A stretch of DNA of 64,000 nt from Vicugna vicugna (taxonomy: Eukaryota), in contig MU058045.1 in NCBI GenBank assembly GCA_013265495.1, forward strand, positions 319,241 to 383,240, written 5' to 3'. The notes under the pieces were generated by a model. It had not been told where the DNA came from and did no database searches. It saw nothing but the letters and a program-made list of their open reading frames with translations. Positions 18,126 to 57,440 of the stretch are shown here, in pieces. The translations under genes were made by a program, and so were the position numbers. Each line of letters begins with the position of its first letter. The first letter of the stretch is position 1.

Positions 18126-21100
18126 TAGAATGGATAGAAAACAGTTGTGGTTTTCTTTCAACAGCATCCACTAGGACCCCCCACTAGCCCATCCAGGGTC
18201 TTTGTGAAAATCAGAGGAAGGGGGGAAAACAGGAAAGGCCGCCTCCTCCATGAGGTAGCAATCCACAGGTGAGCACAGCAAAGGTCTGATTCCAGGCCTG
18301 CCCACATGCACAACCATATGGGCTTGGTGCCTACCGAGGCCAAGATATTTGGACAAGGCCTATCAAGGCTTCTTAGAACCACAGAAGTCCGAAGCTGGCT
18401 TGGCCCTTGGAGATCACCTAGAACCATCATCATCATGGTACTTGGAGCTGCCACTGCTGAGATACTTACTATGTGCCAAATCCAGTGCTAAGCATTTCAT
18501 CAACATAGTCTCATTTTAGCTCCCAAAGGGACCACAGAGCGGCAGGGGCTAGTATCAACCCCACTGCACAGATGAAGAAATTGAGGCTTTAAATACTCTA
18601 GACTCCTCACTTGCAGGCAGTGAGAACATAGTGGTGGGGTGATTTGCCCCGGGTCTCACTGTGTACCAAGCTGGGTTTGGATCCAGCTCTCCTGAGATGA
18701 ACTGCCCCACCACTGGCCACTGCCCTATGAGGGCTTATGGGAGTTGGAGAAGACACTAGTTATGGGGCCCTCGCCAAGTTACTTAACCTTTCTGTATGTC
18801 GGTTTCCTTGTCTGTGACGTGGGGATGATGAAAATTTCCCACTTCGTAGGGCTGTTGTAAAGAATAATCCAGCTGATGCCCAGCAGTGCCTAGAAAGGGG
18901 CCTGGCCCACGGTAAATGCTCAGGAAGTGCTCGCTCTTATCATCCTGGAACTCAGTCCTGGAAAATGGTGGGGGGAAGTGGTGAAGAGCAAGGGGCAGAA
19001 ATCAGGCTTCACAGTACGTTTGATGGCTCTGTGGTTTTTAGTTTTTTAATTTGTTTTCACCTTTTCTCTACTCTTCACTGGCTGTGTGATCTCAGAGGTG
19101 TGACTGAGGTGGGGAGCTGAGCGCTGCTGCCAAATACACTCCACCTCTTGCTGGTCCCTCTGCCTGGAATGTTCTTTCCTCAGACAGCCCCATGCCTTGC
19201 CGCCCCATCTCCTTTAAGCCTTGACTCAAAAGTCACCTTCCCCCGGAGGCCCTCCCAGCCACCCTGTGCCCCATCAAGCTTCCTCTCTCTCTCCCCTACT
19301 TTATTTTCCTCCTTGGCATTTAGTGAAACATACTGTTCATTCATCTCTAGAAAGTAACTTCCAAGGGAGGGAGGGATTTTTGTCTGCTTTGTTAACTGCT
19401 ATCTCCAGTGCTTAGAACAGTGCCTAATACATAGTGGGAGATGAAAACAATTTTTGGTAAATGAACCTACTTTCTTCAAGTCTGCCTGGAGTGTGTCCAC
19501 CTTCAGGAAGGACACCATCTTCCGTCCTGGACTGAGCTGGCCCAGAGCTGCGGGTGGCGAGTGTAACTTGACCACTCCTGGGGCGATCACGCTTTGCCTG
19601 ATATACTTCCAGGGCTTTACATGCGTTGCCTCATTTAATGGTTTCCTCAAAACGGCCACCCAAAGTTAGTATTTAGATTAGCCCAATTTTACAGATTAGG
19701 AAACTGAGGCTCACAGAGGGATTTACCTTGCTCAAGGTCACACAACTTGCGGGCAGCAGAGTCAAAATTCAAATCCAGGCCTGAGTGAACCCAGATGCTG
19801 AGCCCTTCCCTCTGCCACACTGCCGGGTCCTGCCCGAAGGGGCCTACGGCCAGCCAGCGGGCTGCCGACGTCACCGCACAAGGTCTCACGTGCTAAGTGC
19901 TAACTGTGTGGGGAGTGAGGGACTCCACCCTCTCCCTCACTCCCCGCATCCAGCAGTCTGGATCTGCGGCCCAGCTTGGGAATGGCTCTGGAAGCCTTCC
20001 CTCTAACCCGCCTCTGGCCCCAAATTAGCTCAGGGCCTTGTTAACACTCTCCTGATTCAAGGCCATGGCCTCCCAGCTAGTCCCCTGCCTCCATCCAGCC
20101 TTCCTCTCACTGAGGGTCAACAGCCCCAAAGCAGCTCAGGTGGGATCACTCCTGGGCTCAGCAACCTGCACGGGCCTCCACTCCAGAAGCTCAGATTCCT
20201 CAGCCAGGTATTTGAGAGTCCAGTCCCCCTCTTCCTTTCTAATCGTGCCTTGTGCCAGTCTCCCTTCAAGCACCCTGCACGCTCTCCAATCTCAACACGT
20301 CCCACACCTCCACACCTTTGCCTCTGCTGGTCCTCCTGCCAGAAATGCAACCTTTCCCCAACCTCGTCCCCAAATCCTTCCAAAATGTTAAGATCGACCT
20401 CAAATATCACCTCCCATTTAGCCCTCCCTCACCTACAGGACAAGGACAATCTCTCCTTCGCCCAGTTCATCAGCGTTTTGTGGCCCTGCGGCCAGCACCC
20501 AGCAGCAGATGCTAGGTTCTCCCTCCCTAGGCTGAGGCTCCCTGAGTCACTAAGCACCCCAGTCTTCTAGAATGGATTGGTGCAGGTGCTAAGTTCTGCA
20601 GAAATTGGGCAGAAGTTTGTGCACATGTCTGTGTGGGGTGCACCAAGAGGCCCACAGAAAGCTCCAGAAGGGCAGCAGAGGACAGCATATAAGAACACAG
20701 GATCTGGAACCTGACTGCCTGGGTTCAAATCCACCTTTACTTCTTACTGGCTAAGTGGCTTTGAGCAAATTACTCCTCCGGGCCTCGGCTGTCTCATCTG
20801 AAGAACGGAGGTAGTTAGAATTCCCCCTTCCACCTCGCACTGGGAAGAGTAAATGAGTGATCAAATGTAAAAGCATTGACAACAGTGCCTGGTACACAGT
20901 AAGTGCTAAATAAGCGTTTACTCCTGTGGTTACTAGCCAGGCCCCAAGAAGTGGCTCAGTGCTGGCAGAGGGCTGACGGTGGCTGCCACAGGCCCCCAAG
21001 CTGCCCCTACTTTCCAGGACATTTCCCGTGAGCTACTTATAGCCCTGTTGGAAGACAGGCAAGCCAGGTGATTGGCCCCATTTCACAGATGAGGAACTGA

Positions 21101-21327
21101 GGCTCACGTAGGGAAAGTGCCAGTGAGGAAGCAGCACGGCCTAAACTCCTCAGTGCAGGTCTAGGCCTCCTTCCCCTCCACTGGGCCGTGGCGCACTTGT
21201 TGTGTAGGCCTGACAGCAGCCAGCCTGCCCCCAGGCAGGAGGACCTGGCCACAGTGTCCTCCCTGCCCCCCATACACGCATGCTCCCAGCCAGGCAGGTG
21301 TGGTACACAGCAGTGGGTACACTTGGA

Positions 21328-21350
21328 ACACACACACACACACACACACA
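21328..21350. repeat. (CA)n microsatellite
   Basis: About 11 uninterrupted AC units. Confidence 0.9.
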
Positions 21351-22759
21351 TTTACAGAAGGGCCCAGTCCCCAAAGGTGAGGAAAACCTGTTCTGAGGAA
21401 TCTGCCTAGCGAGCAGATTCCGTTCCCAGACCCTTCCACAGTCGCGGGAGCGGCCCAATGTGCGTCACAGAAGAGACGGAAAAGCAGAGATACCCGAGAG
21501 GGGGGCAGAGAGAGGGCGAAGCAGGAGGAGGAGACTGAAAACTTCATGTTTCTTTTTTCCATTGCAGTGACAAGAGTCACACCCGGCCTTTACGTAAACA
21601 TGGCCAAGGAGCCACTCGGTCCAAGCTCAGTTTCCTTGCAGCCACCAGGCCTCTCCTCCCGGTGACCCTGACACGCTGGGCGGGCCGGTGAGGGGCCAGC
21701 ACACAGACCCTGCACAGACCAGCTGGGCCACCCCGACGACACCCAAGCCTCCCGCCTGCTGCCCTTGCTCTGCCCCATATTTATCTCCCTGCCTTCTTCA
21801 TAACATATCCCCACAGCAGCCCTACACAGCCAGTTAAACACACAGAAGCAGACACGCACACACAGCCTGCGGTTGATCTCTGGAGTCTGAGGCCCACATT
21901 GCCCTTGTCACGCCACCTCCCTCCCCACAAGTGTTTTCTGACCAGCTTGCCTCCCAGCCCAACAGCACGGACAGGCTCCCACAAACAACGTCACAAAAGA
22001 ATCCCGCAGGGAATGTTGCAAACACATAACCTTCCCCTCCCCTCACTGGGCTGCCCATGAGCCCATAAACACAACGTGCACGTGCCCCCCGGAGCCCCTC
22101 ATACCAGCACCAGCCGTCTCATGAGTACCTGAGACACACCCTGGGGCTTCTCACTTCCCGCAGGACCCTCGGGACCTGAGTTCTAGACACACACACTCCC
22201 CACCCACCCAGCCACCCGCTTGTCACACGGACCCACAAACCCATCCAGCGGGTCATCCACGCCAAGACTGGGCCACACCTCAGCAGGGCCACAGAAATGG
22301 GACCCGGACCTGACACCTTCTGACTCAAAGGTACACAACCGCCCCCTCCAACTAGGCACACACAGCCCCCACTCCGGTGCCCTCCACAGCACTTACCCTT
22401 ACCAGGTATGCAGAAAACAACAGTTCATAAATAGTTCATATGTGCAGCACCAGACACATACATGCAAGAAACACATGCTGGTATAAAACACACATAAAAC
22501 CCCACATCTAACAAACTCCGCAGGTATTGCAGCCTGCTTTGGATGCGGACCTGTCACCCAAAGCTGCAGGGCCACATCTTGTAATTCTGCCCCAAAACAC
22601 TGGACACCCCTCCATCTGGCTTTCTATCCCCGTGGCCCGGTAGGGCCCTGCCGGACCCCTAGCTGCCAGACCAGCAAACAGTGGTGCCCAGGAGTGATTT
22701 ACCTTGCCCCACAACACAGCAGGAGACACACAATCTCCAGGACTCACAGCCACAACCCT

Positions 22760-23352
22760 GACCCGACGGCGCGGCGGCTCCGGGGTCCCTGCTCGCCCTG
22801 CGCACCCCGCACACCCCAACTCTGGGGCGCTCGGAGGCCCACCCCTCCCCCTCTCTGCCTGGCTCCTACGCCATCGCCCTCCCAGCAGCTTGCAGCGCCG
22901 GCCCGGGCTCACACCCGCCCCACCCCACCCCCAACCTGCCCCACGGCGGGAGGGGGACATGGGGCTGCAGAATTAACCCTTCAAGTGGGGAGTGAGCGCG
23001 GCCCTTTCCAGGGCCCCAGGCGATCGCAGCCCCCTGCCGCCGCTGGGTAGGACGACGTACCGGGGCCCCCTTAGTCGCCCCCCAGCGCCGTGCGCACTTG
23101 GAGGCGGGGCCAGGCTTAGCCCCCGACCCCTGAGCCCCCAGGTCAACCTCAAAGGGGAGCGGTCGCGGCGCGGGGTGCAGCGCGGGCCCCCGCGGCGCCG
23201 GGCAGCGGGGAGGGGGCCCGGCTGTTGGCTCCGGTCCGCCCTGACCCTGCCCGGTTCGCCCCGGGGCCCACCTGACTGCGATGGCGCCGCGTCTGCCAGG
23301 CCCGGCTCATCACCGTGGCCGCCCCCGGCCGCTCCGGCTTCGCCCGCCTCCA

Positions 23353-23390
<38 letters not shown>

Positions 23391-23710
23391 CCCGGCCCCC
23401 CCAGCGCCCGACCGCCGAGAGGAGGCCGGCGCAGCGCAGCCGGCACAGACGCCAGCTCCGGGCTCGGGCTTGGGGAGAGCGCGCCCGACGGCCTGCGTCC
23501 GGACCGATCCCGGGAAGGAAACGGCGCCGCGCAGGGCCACGGGACTGGTGGGCACCGAGCCGGGCGCCGGCCTGGCTGCAGCATCAGTTCAGGGCCGCAC
23601 GACCACCTACTCCCTGGGAAGGGGCTTCCCCCGCCCCCTGCATGCCCTTCACTCAGCGGTGCACACCGCCCAGAGCACGCACACTCTCTCCGCAGACACA
23701 CAACGTGGCA
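22760..23710. promoter_or_regulatory. CpG island, probable ZBTB4 promoter/first exon region
   Basis: Very high GC and CpG density, GC boxes, (GCTCCG)6 at about 23353-23388; exon boundaries not resolved. Confidence 0.8.
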
Positions 23711-24448
23711 GGCTCACAATCAGGCCCAGTGGGACCCGCAGACCCAGGCCCAACCTACCCACAGGGACAGCCCTGGACACACGCACAAACACACACTCTC
23801 CCCAGAAATGCACCGGGAACCCCACCAGGCCGCCGGCCGGGAAGGCCCCAGCCCTACAGAACAGGTACACATAAATGACTACCAGCGCAGATGAACACGC
23901 AGCTTGCTATTTTGTCCCCACCGGCAGAAATATCCACATCTATATACTGTGCGTAAATGCAGAAGCCTTGGTGTAGGTCTCCTGGGACAGCACCAACACC
24001 ACCAGGTGGAGGCACACGCAGAAGAAACACATTCCTGAAACTCCAGAGGGACAGTCTCTGCGACTCCTCCCTGGTGTTCAAAAATTCAAAACTCAGGACA
24101 TAGGAGCCGGCCCGCAGAGGTCCTTTGCAAAAAAACCTTTCTGAAACAGGGCGAGACATAAACAAACAAGTTAATTAAAAACCAAAGATGCCTCATCACA
24201 AAAGTAGTCAAAAAGAGGAAAAAAAGAATCAGATGGACTTTGGAGTGACAGGGACAAAGGTGTAAAGCAAGGAGACTTAGAAACAACGAGAAAAGAGGCC
24301 TACCCTCCACCTCAAGGAGGTTCCAGGGAAGAGCCTCCCACTCTCCACCTCAGGAAGGTTCCAGGGAAGAACCCCAGGTCACAATGGCTAGAGTTCTGAA
24401 GGGCCCAGTCTCCCTGAGCCAGGAGGAGAGGAGGAAGTCCAAGGAAAG

Positions 24449-25881
<1,433 letters not shown>

Positions 25882-26789
25882 GATCGAACCTGAGAGCCTG
25901 AGGCGGGGGTCAGGGGTAAATAAAAGGAAAGACTGGAATACAAATATGGGAGAACAAGTGACTGGAAAACAACTGGTATGGGAGAGGAACACCCTTTGGA
26001 GTCAAAGGTGACTTGGGGACTTGGTGGAGAGGGACTGTCTAGAAGACCTGGAACAAGCCTGGAGACCAAGATATTGGAGTCTAGGCTGGGGTTTGGGGAT
26101 CAGGGCATAACTAAGGGGTAAGTGAGGTCTGAGGAGCAGATCAAAGGGACTAAGGCAGGCAGGCAGGCAGGCCATAAGCCATGGGGAGGATTCTTCCCTC
26201 GGCAGCAGATAGCAGAGCCTCGGGGCTGGAGTGTTTGGGGCTTTCAGGCAAACAGAGCAAGCAGCTGCTCTGGAGAAAGGAGTGTGTTCCCCCCCACCCC
26301 CGAGCAATGGTTTCCCTTCCTCGTGGTTATGCCTCCCCACCTTGGGGTGGTGACGTTATATTGACATCAAACACGACCACTCTGAATGTGGCTGTGCAGT
26401 TGGTGTCATCTCTGCTTTGGAAGGACAGTGGAAGCCCTACTCTCTGCTCTCATTGGAGAATCCCTTGGGATCCCCACACCCCCCTAACCCCATCTTATTT
26501 TTGAAATATTCTAGAAGGGGGAGGATTTCCTAATGTTCAGATGCCTTGACCCCGAGTCCCCTAGGATTTCTGTGTCCCGCCCCATGGCTAATCTGCTTTT
26601 CCTGGATTGTCGCGGTCCCGTGATCTCTCCCGGACAGGGGCCAGCGTCCTTTCGGAGCAGGCCTCTGAGCTGAGGCCTCTTCGAGCGGCTAAGGCAGGGG
26701 GTCCATGACAAGAGCTCCGTACAGCGCTCCATCAGAGGCTAGGAGATGCCCCCCCCACCCCCGTCCCAGGAGGCCGCTCAATACATATC

Positions 26790-50042
<23,253 letters not shown>

Positions 50043-50450
50043 GGGTGAGCAGCACGCAGTGGCACCTGGCTAGGTGAAGGGCGGCTCTGGGGGTACTTGT
50101 CCTCTCCCCTCCCCCATGGGGTGCAGGCTCCTGGTCTGGCTCCCTTGTACATAATTCCTGGTGACAAAGTTCCCTGTTGAAGTTCTGGTCCCATTTCTGC
50201 CAGGCCTTTTGTCTTGTCCTCCACTTGTGCTGTCTCAGAACCCACTCACCCAGCTGTGGTGTTCTCCTTCCTGGCCCCTAACCCAGGCCTGTCCCCAAAT
50301 CAAGGATCCCTTCTTGCCTGTGGCTTGATTGGGGGGTAAAGGGTATTTTAACTTCTTAGGGGTAGTTCCTGCTCTGGTTGTTACATCTGATCCTCGGGAA
50401 GAACAAAGCTAAAGCTGCCTTTTGTCTGTTATTTTATTTTTTGAAGTTTA

Positions 50451-50456
50451 AATAAA
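50451..50456 (+). terminator. POLR2A polyadenylation signal
   Basis: AATAAA about 410 nt after the stop, followed by GT-rich sequence. Confidence 0.85.
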
Positions 50457-51379
50457 GTTTACTAATTTTGACCAAAAGTGTGTGCATTGAGTGCTTGTTT
50501 GGGAGGCAGGAATACCCAGGCCCATCTCCCCTCCCTAGGCTGCTGATCCATTTATCATGTCTTAGCTGAGCCCTGCTCCAAGGAGAGGCGGGGAAATGAG
50601 CGCAAACAGTGCATCTTTCACTGAACACGTGCTCTGTGCGCGGCACTGCCCTGCCCGGGCTTTGTGGCCGAACAGATATGGGCCTCTGTCCTGCATTAAA
50701 GCAATATTGACATAAAATCTTTTTAACTGATTTTCCTGATTATCCAAGTACGTAATTTAGAACAGTACAAAAAAGTGTGGTTGGGAAGCAGGAGAATTAC
50801 TGCTGGTAAGGCCACCACCAGGAGGCATATTTTCTTTGGGTATTTTTCCTACAGTTTTCTCAGATCACTTCCAACCAGTCTCTGGCCTCCAACTAACAAT
50901 GAGAAGATTATGGATACTAGAAAGTTTCAAAGCTGAGGTTAAAGGACTTAGTGATAATTTGCTGTCTCCAGTTGGCCATGTTCTGTTTCATTAGTTCCTT
51001 AATGTGGACATCCACTTTCTGTGTCCTCTGCAAATTGTGGTGTTTTAAATTTATTTTAAACTTTGAAATAGTTCAAAGAATAGAAAGTAACATGGCCTGG
51101 ATCTATTTATCACTAAGATTATAGATGCTAGATACCATTTTGCAATATTTAATCCAGATCTTACATTGTTTTGAAAGAGATGACTTGTTTTTATGGAAGG
51201 ATATATGTTTATTATAAAAGATCCAAGCACTGTAGAAAGAAAAAAAAAAGTAAGATCTCCCTAAATCCCACCACCAAGAGACTACCGCTGGCAATTGGTG
51301 AACATAATTGCAGACATCTCACTATATAGAATGACAGGAGATTAGATAGAAATTGTTTAATGGGATAATTTACATACGG

Positions 51380-51700
51380 TCTTGAGTTTGGGCTGCTAAC
51401 ACAATACCGTAGACATGCTTATAAACATTTCTCATTTCTGGAGGCTGGGAAGCCAAGATCAAGGCACTGGCAGATTCAGTGCCTGGTGAGGGTTTGCTCC
51501 CTGGTTCACAAAAGGCCAACTTCTCACTGTGTCCTCACTTGGCGGAAGAGGCAGGGGAGCTCTCTGGAGCCTCTTAAAGAAGTCACTAATCCCATTCATG
51601 AAGGCTCCACCCTCATGATTTAAGCACCTCTTAGAAGCCCCGCCTCCAAATCCCAGCACCTTGGGGATTACATGAGGATGTGGGGGAGGTAGCCTATATG
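51380..51700. mobile_element. MLT1-type (MaLR) solo LTR
   Basis: tctggaggctgggaagcc, ctaatcccattcatg, ctccaccctcatga are typical MLT1 motifs; boundaries approximate. Confidence 0.65.
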
Positions 51701-52049
51701 TAGCACATACTACTTAATAAACTGAATTTTTATGAAGAAAAAAAGAGACTGCTGAATTTGGTGGATGTCACATGGCAGATATCTTCCCATAAGAAATAGT
51801 CCTAGAAGGAGGTCCCTCTAGCAAGAAATAAATATTGGGAAAACAATGAGAAGTTAATAATGTTATGCTATTTTTAAAAACACTGAGAGTTTAGATAGTA
51901 TGGATTGATTTCCTACAGTTTTCTTGTGTCCCCCTTCCTATGTTTTCTATGTTTTGTTTTTTGTTTTTGTTTTAATTTGATGTGCTTTAAAAGGCACATC
52001 TGTTGTAAGAAATTGCATCTTGGTGTCCCTTAAATACTCCTGCCACAGC

Positions 52050-55000
52050 ATGGCCTTCTGTCTTCCCCAGAGGTAACCACTATCTTGAATTTTGTGTTTT
52101 GTGTTAATCTTTTGTTTTACTTAATAGACCACTATGCATACATCCTTAAGGATGTTATGTTTTTGAACGTCATATAAATGCCATCACACTTTATATATCC
52201 TTATGACATACTTATTTTAGTCAACATGAAGTTTTAGAGATTCATTCATGTTGAGGTTTATAACTATCCATGGACTTTTACTATAGAATAGACTCTATTA
52301 CATTGTTTAAATATATACTTTATCCATGCTACTGTGTTGGGTTTTTTTAAGATTCAAGACCCTTAATAAAAGGTCTTTATCTCAGAAGAGATAATAACAC
52401 TTTCATAGTGACGTCTGTAAAGTAAAAACAAGTAGACGGTATTATCCATCCATGCTACTGTTGATGGGTGTCTGTTTATTACAACATTGCCACCATGAAA
52501 ATTCCTGCACCTGTCCAATGTGCACGCACGCATGGGTCGCTCAAGGGTATATCCTGGAAATTGAATCGCTGAACTGGTTCATTTGGATATGTATTAGGTA
52601 ATATCAAACCCTTGCAAAATGATTCTACTAGTTTACCACCCCACCAGCAGTGGATGAGAATTTAACTTGTTCCACCATCTTTTCAATATGTGGTATTGCC
52701 CAAATTAAAGTTTTTTGTCTAGCTGTGAAATAGTATTTCATTATGCTTTTAATTTGCAATTCCTAGGTTACCAAGGAGGCCGAGCATCTTCTGATTAAGG
52801 GCCAACAGTTTTCTCTTCTATGAAATACGTGTTTGTCTTCTTCCCGTTTCCCTCTTTGGTTATATCTTTTCTGATTGATTTTAGGAGATATTTAAATATT
52901 TTGGATACTAATCATTTGTCAATTATCTATGTTGCAAGTAATCTTCCAATTTAATGGCTTGGCCTTTTACTCTGGATCATGTCTTGTGTACTTATTGTAG
53001 TTGAATTTACCAATATTTAAAGTGGTTTTGTCTTTTTGTATGTTGTTAAGAAATCCATCCTTACTCTATACAATAATCTCCTTTATTATCCTCCAAAAGT
53101 TTTATAGTTTGCCCTTTTACCTCTAGGTCTTTAATTCACCTAAAATTGATTTTTATTCAGTGTGAAGAAGCAATCCAATTTCATTGTTTTCCACGTAGAT
53201 AAGTAATTATCTATCATAATTTATTAAATGACTCATCCTGGTCAGACTATTTGACTACCGTCTCTGTCTGAGTTGTTTTCATATGGATTTCAGTCCATTT
53301 CTGGGTTCTTTATTCTGTTCTTTTGATCTAGTTTCTCTTCCTCTGCTAATACCACATTATTTTTAATTGCTATACTTTTTATTATATTTTGAGTATCAGG
53401 TAAAGCAACTCCCCCTCAACTTCTTCTTCAAGGATATTTAGCTATTTTTGGCCCTTTGCTATTCTAGAACTTATTAAAATCTGGCCCTCCAAAATAACCC
53501 AGCAAAGATTTTGTTAAAGTTCATTAAATCTATAGCCCAGTGTGGACAAGACCTCCCTACGTTCTATTTTACTATCCTAAAGCATGTGGGGGGGAAATAA
53601 AATTAAATAGGTGAATCTTTCCATTTATGTAGTTTTTCTTTTACATCCTTTAAGAAATTATATAGTTTTTCTTCATAGAGTTTACACTTCTTTGGCAGAT
53701 TTGTCCTTAGGTTCTTTGTATTTTTTATTGACATGATATAGTATCTTTTTTCATACCTCATTTTTAACATCTTAATATACAGAAAGGAAATTCCTTTTGG
53801 TATATTGATTTTATATCCAGTGAACTCTGTAATCTGTCTCTCCTTTTTTTTTTTTTTTTGGAATCTCTCTCTTTTTAAAAAAATTTTTATTTGGTTAGGG
53901 GAGAGGTAACTAGGTTTTTATTTATTTATATGGAGGTACTGGGGATTGAACCCAGGACCTTGTGCATACTAAGCATGTGCTCTACCTCTGAGCTCTACCC
54001 TACCGCCCCTGTAATCTCTCTTAATAATCTATTATATGTAGGGTTTTTTCTGTTTTACACATAGGCGGTCATACATATCATACACACATAATGCCAAGTT
54101 TGTTTCTTACCAATTATTGAAACTTATTTCTTGTGTTACTGTGCTCTGAGGACTCTGGGTAACTTGTTGACTAGGAGAATAACTCATCTGCGTCAGCTCT
54201 TTTTCTTAAAGAAGAATGCTTTCATTGTTTCACCATGAAGTGATGTGTGCTACAGTTTTTTCTTTTTAATAAACTTTTATCAACTTAAGGAAATACCCTT
54301 CTGTGTCTAGTTTGCTAAAGAATCTTATTATGAATGAATATTAAATTTTATAAAATGTTTTTTTTTCTCCAAGGTTTTTACACCATTTTTATACCAAAGT
54401 TTTCCTGGCCTCAAAAGATGTTTGGGAGTATTCCCTCATTTTCTGTTCTTTCAGAATACGGGATTATCTGTTTTCCCAATATTTGGCAACACTCACCTGA
54501 ACTGGGCAGGCCAGATGCTTGGTATTTTCTTTGTGGAAAGATAGTTACGTACTGATTCAATTAACTCAGGTAATAATAGGATTAGTCATGCTTTCTATTT
54601 CTTTTTGATTTAGTTTTAATAAATTGTATTTACAAATCCTAGGAACTTGTTTTCAAATAAAGTTATTTATATAGTTTATTTTTATTGCCCGTTTAATTTC
54701 TGCTGTTTCTGGAGTTGTGTCACCATTTTCTTTCCTGTATTGTTATGTGTTCTCTAACCATCTTCCCTGGAGCTGTCTCTTTTTTACTTTTAAATAATGA
54801 ACTTTTGTTTTGTTGATCCTATTACATGTTTGAATTCCCATTAATTTCTGTTCTTAATTAATATAGTGATTCCTGCCTTTCTACCTTCTTTGGGTTCATT
54901 CTGCTGTTCTTTTAATTGTTTCGTTAATTTGAGCATATGCTTTTTAGCTGTAGACAGTTACATTGTACATATGTTAAAGAGGTTAAGAGGAAAACAACAG

Positions 55001-55250
55001 TCTTTTATATTTACCTAGATATTTAGCATTTCCTGTGCTCTCATTCCTTCCTGAAAGTCTGAGTTTCCCTCTGGTATCATGTCCCTTCAACCTGAAGAAC
55101 TTCCTTTAGTATTTCTTATAGAGCAGGGCTGTTGGTGACAAACGACCTTAGTTATCTTTTATCTGAACATGTCTATTTCACCTTCATTCCTAAAGGATAT
55201 CTTCACTGGATATAAGATTTTGGAGCAAGAGGGTTTTGTTTTTGTGTTTC
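52050..55250 (-). mobile_element. Degenerate L1 (T-rich on plus strand) with nested insertions
   Basis: Reverse-complement L1 ORF2/3'UTR motifs such as ccccaccagcagtggatgaga and ttttatagtttg; boundaries approximate. Confidence 0.7.
53844..54008 (-). mobile_element. tRNA-derived SINE (Vic-1-like)
   Basis: A and B boxes, poly-T tail on plus strand, flanking CTGTAATCT duplication. Confidence 0.8.
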
Positions 55251-57440
55251 AGCATTTCCCCCGCACTTTCCCTCATTCTTTTTTCCCCCTAAAAATCCAT
55301 GATGAGTGAAATACTAACATTTTAAATTTTAGAAGGACCAATACTAGTGATTTTTTCCACATTTGCCTCTGGCCCCAGCGTGGCTTGGCACAATCTTCAC
55401 AGGTGTCAATGCTGCAGGCTCTCCCGACTCCCGGGGCCTTGTTTGCTTCTGTTTTATCACTAGATTATGAGCCGCTCTTTTTCCTTGGAACTTTATCTGT
55501 GGGAGAACTTTGAGTCCTTGATCGAAGCGGCATACCTATAGAGACAATTTGTATTTGCTTTTTCCAGGCACACTGCTGTGCTAGCAACCTGGGAATGCTT
55601 GGCGTTTTGGCGAGGTTTTCTTGGGCTCCCCAGGCAGTGTGGATTTGAGCACAAATTGTGCAAGGGCTGGGTTGTCGTTTCAGGCTTTCAGGAAAGATTA
55701 TTTTTTTCCTTCCATTCAAGGTTCAAGGTCAAGACAGGCAAGTCCCGTTGCTCCTTCCTTCCTAAAATGGATTTTTGGGTTTTGTTTTCATATGCTTTTA
55801 TATTGAGTTTGTAGGAGGTCCTAATTATATGCCGACATCTCTCATTATCTTGGTAGAACCCTGGGCTTTCTCTCCTGTTCCCTGCATCTCGGAAAACAGT
55901 CTGTACAAGACTCAAGGTCTGTGTTTCACAGAAACCCTTGGGGAGAAAAGCTGGCTTTGGCACTCACTTATCTCCTAGGCTTCCTGATTGTACTTCATTT
56001 TGGCCTCTGTAGGAATATTTCTATTAGTGTCAGCTTGGCAGTGTTTTTTAAGAGTTTTTAAAAATAGAATATCTCATTTGCAGTTTTCATCTTTTCAATT
56101 AGGAGAGCTGTGTGGGCTATCTGGCCCGCTGGATGGCTGTCCTACCTCCGGACTGTGGCTTTTAGCCTTTTTACTTTGTCAGGGTTTATAACATTTACTT
56201 TCTGTTCCGCAAATATAACCCCTCCAGTTACGTGGTCTTACTGATGTATTTAAATGCCTCATCTCTAGTCTTACCACTGCCTCTCCACTGTCATCTTTTT
56301 TATTCACCTCTCTACATATTTTTCAGAAAGTGCTCATAATTACTTTGTTATAGTCCCCGATTTTTTATTTTTGAGATTGATTCCTGTAGACTTCGAAATT
56401 CAGGCACATCTTGGCTGGATATTTCTTTCCCTCAGAACTTTATAGACATTGGATGTTTGTATTGGTCAGGGTGCTCCAGAGAAACAGCACCAGCAAGGGA
56501 AAAAAAAACAAACCCATATATATATGGCTCAAGGCTCAACAATTATGAAAGCTGAGAAGTCCCATGATCTGCAAGCTGGAGACCCCAGAAAGCCCTTGGT
56601 GTAATTCAGACCAAGTTCGAGGAGCTGAAAAGAAGAGATGAGATCTCCCAGCTCAAGCAAGCAAGGCTGGGAAGAAAAGGGGTGAATTTCTCCTTCCTCC
56701 ATTTTTTGTTCTATTCAGGCCTTCGATGGATTGGCTGCTGCCCACCCACACTGGGGAGGGCCTCCACTTTACTGAGGCTACCAATTCAAGTGCTAATCTC
56801 ATCAAGAACACCTTTACAGATACACTCAGAAATAAGTGTGATCTGGGCCCCTGGCGTCAGTCAAGTTGACACATAACCGTGATAAGTCCACCCCTTGTCA
56901 ACTTGGCACCCACGTGCATCTCCTGAAACCAGACTTGATCTCCAAATAAAGACAATAACAAAATCAGAATTCCTGATACAACTGTCCAGTGTACAATGGA
57001 AAACACACTAACTCCTTCCCCAGAAAAGTAGAGTCCTTGAGTGGTGTTTACTCTTCTTCTTAATATGCCATAACTTAAATACTAGATGTAAAATTAACAA
57101 CACTTAAATACTGTGGTAGAAAGTCAATACATCTTATGTTACCTGATAAGGGAACAAGAGGAAAGAAAACCAAGATACACGTGCACAAACATACTCGTAA
57201 AAGAATATGGAGGATATATTCATAATAATTACGGTCCTCATTTCTGTAACTAGCCATGTGGCCATAGCTGGCGTTTCTAACTACCTTCTTCTACCCAATC
57301 TGTTTTCCCTTTGCCTTTAGCGAGCACCTCAGCTGGTTGTGGTTCTTTGCTTGGCAGGGTGACCCAAAGCTCCATTCCTGAAGGGTCTAGCCATTACTAA
57401 TCCTTCCTCAATTGGGTTGTTATAGTTTCCCATTGACTTT

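Noticed and set aside
22973..23894. Several long overlapping ORFs (187-300 aa) in the CpG island
   Set aside because: Expected where GC content is extreme and stop codons are rare; low-complexity translations of the (GCTCCG)n repeat with no recognisable domain.
24305..24370. Imperfect ~28-bp direct repeat upstream of the SLC35G ATG
   Set aside because: Only two copies, with no evidence of function.
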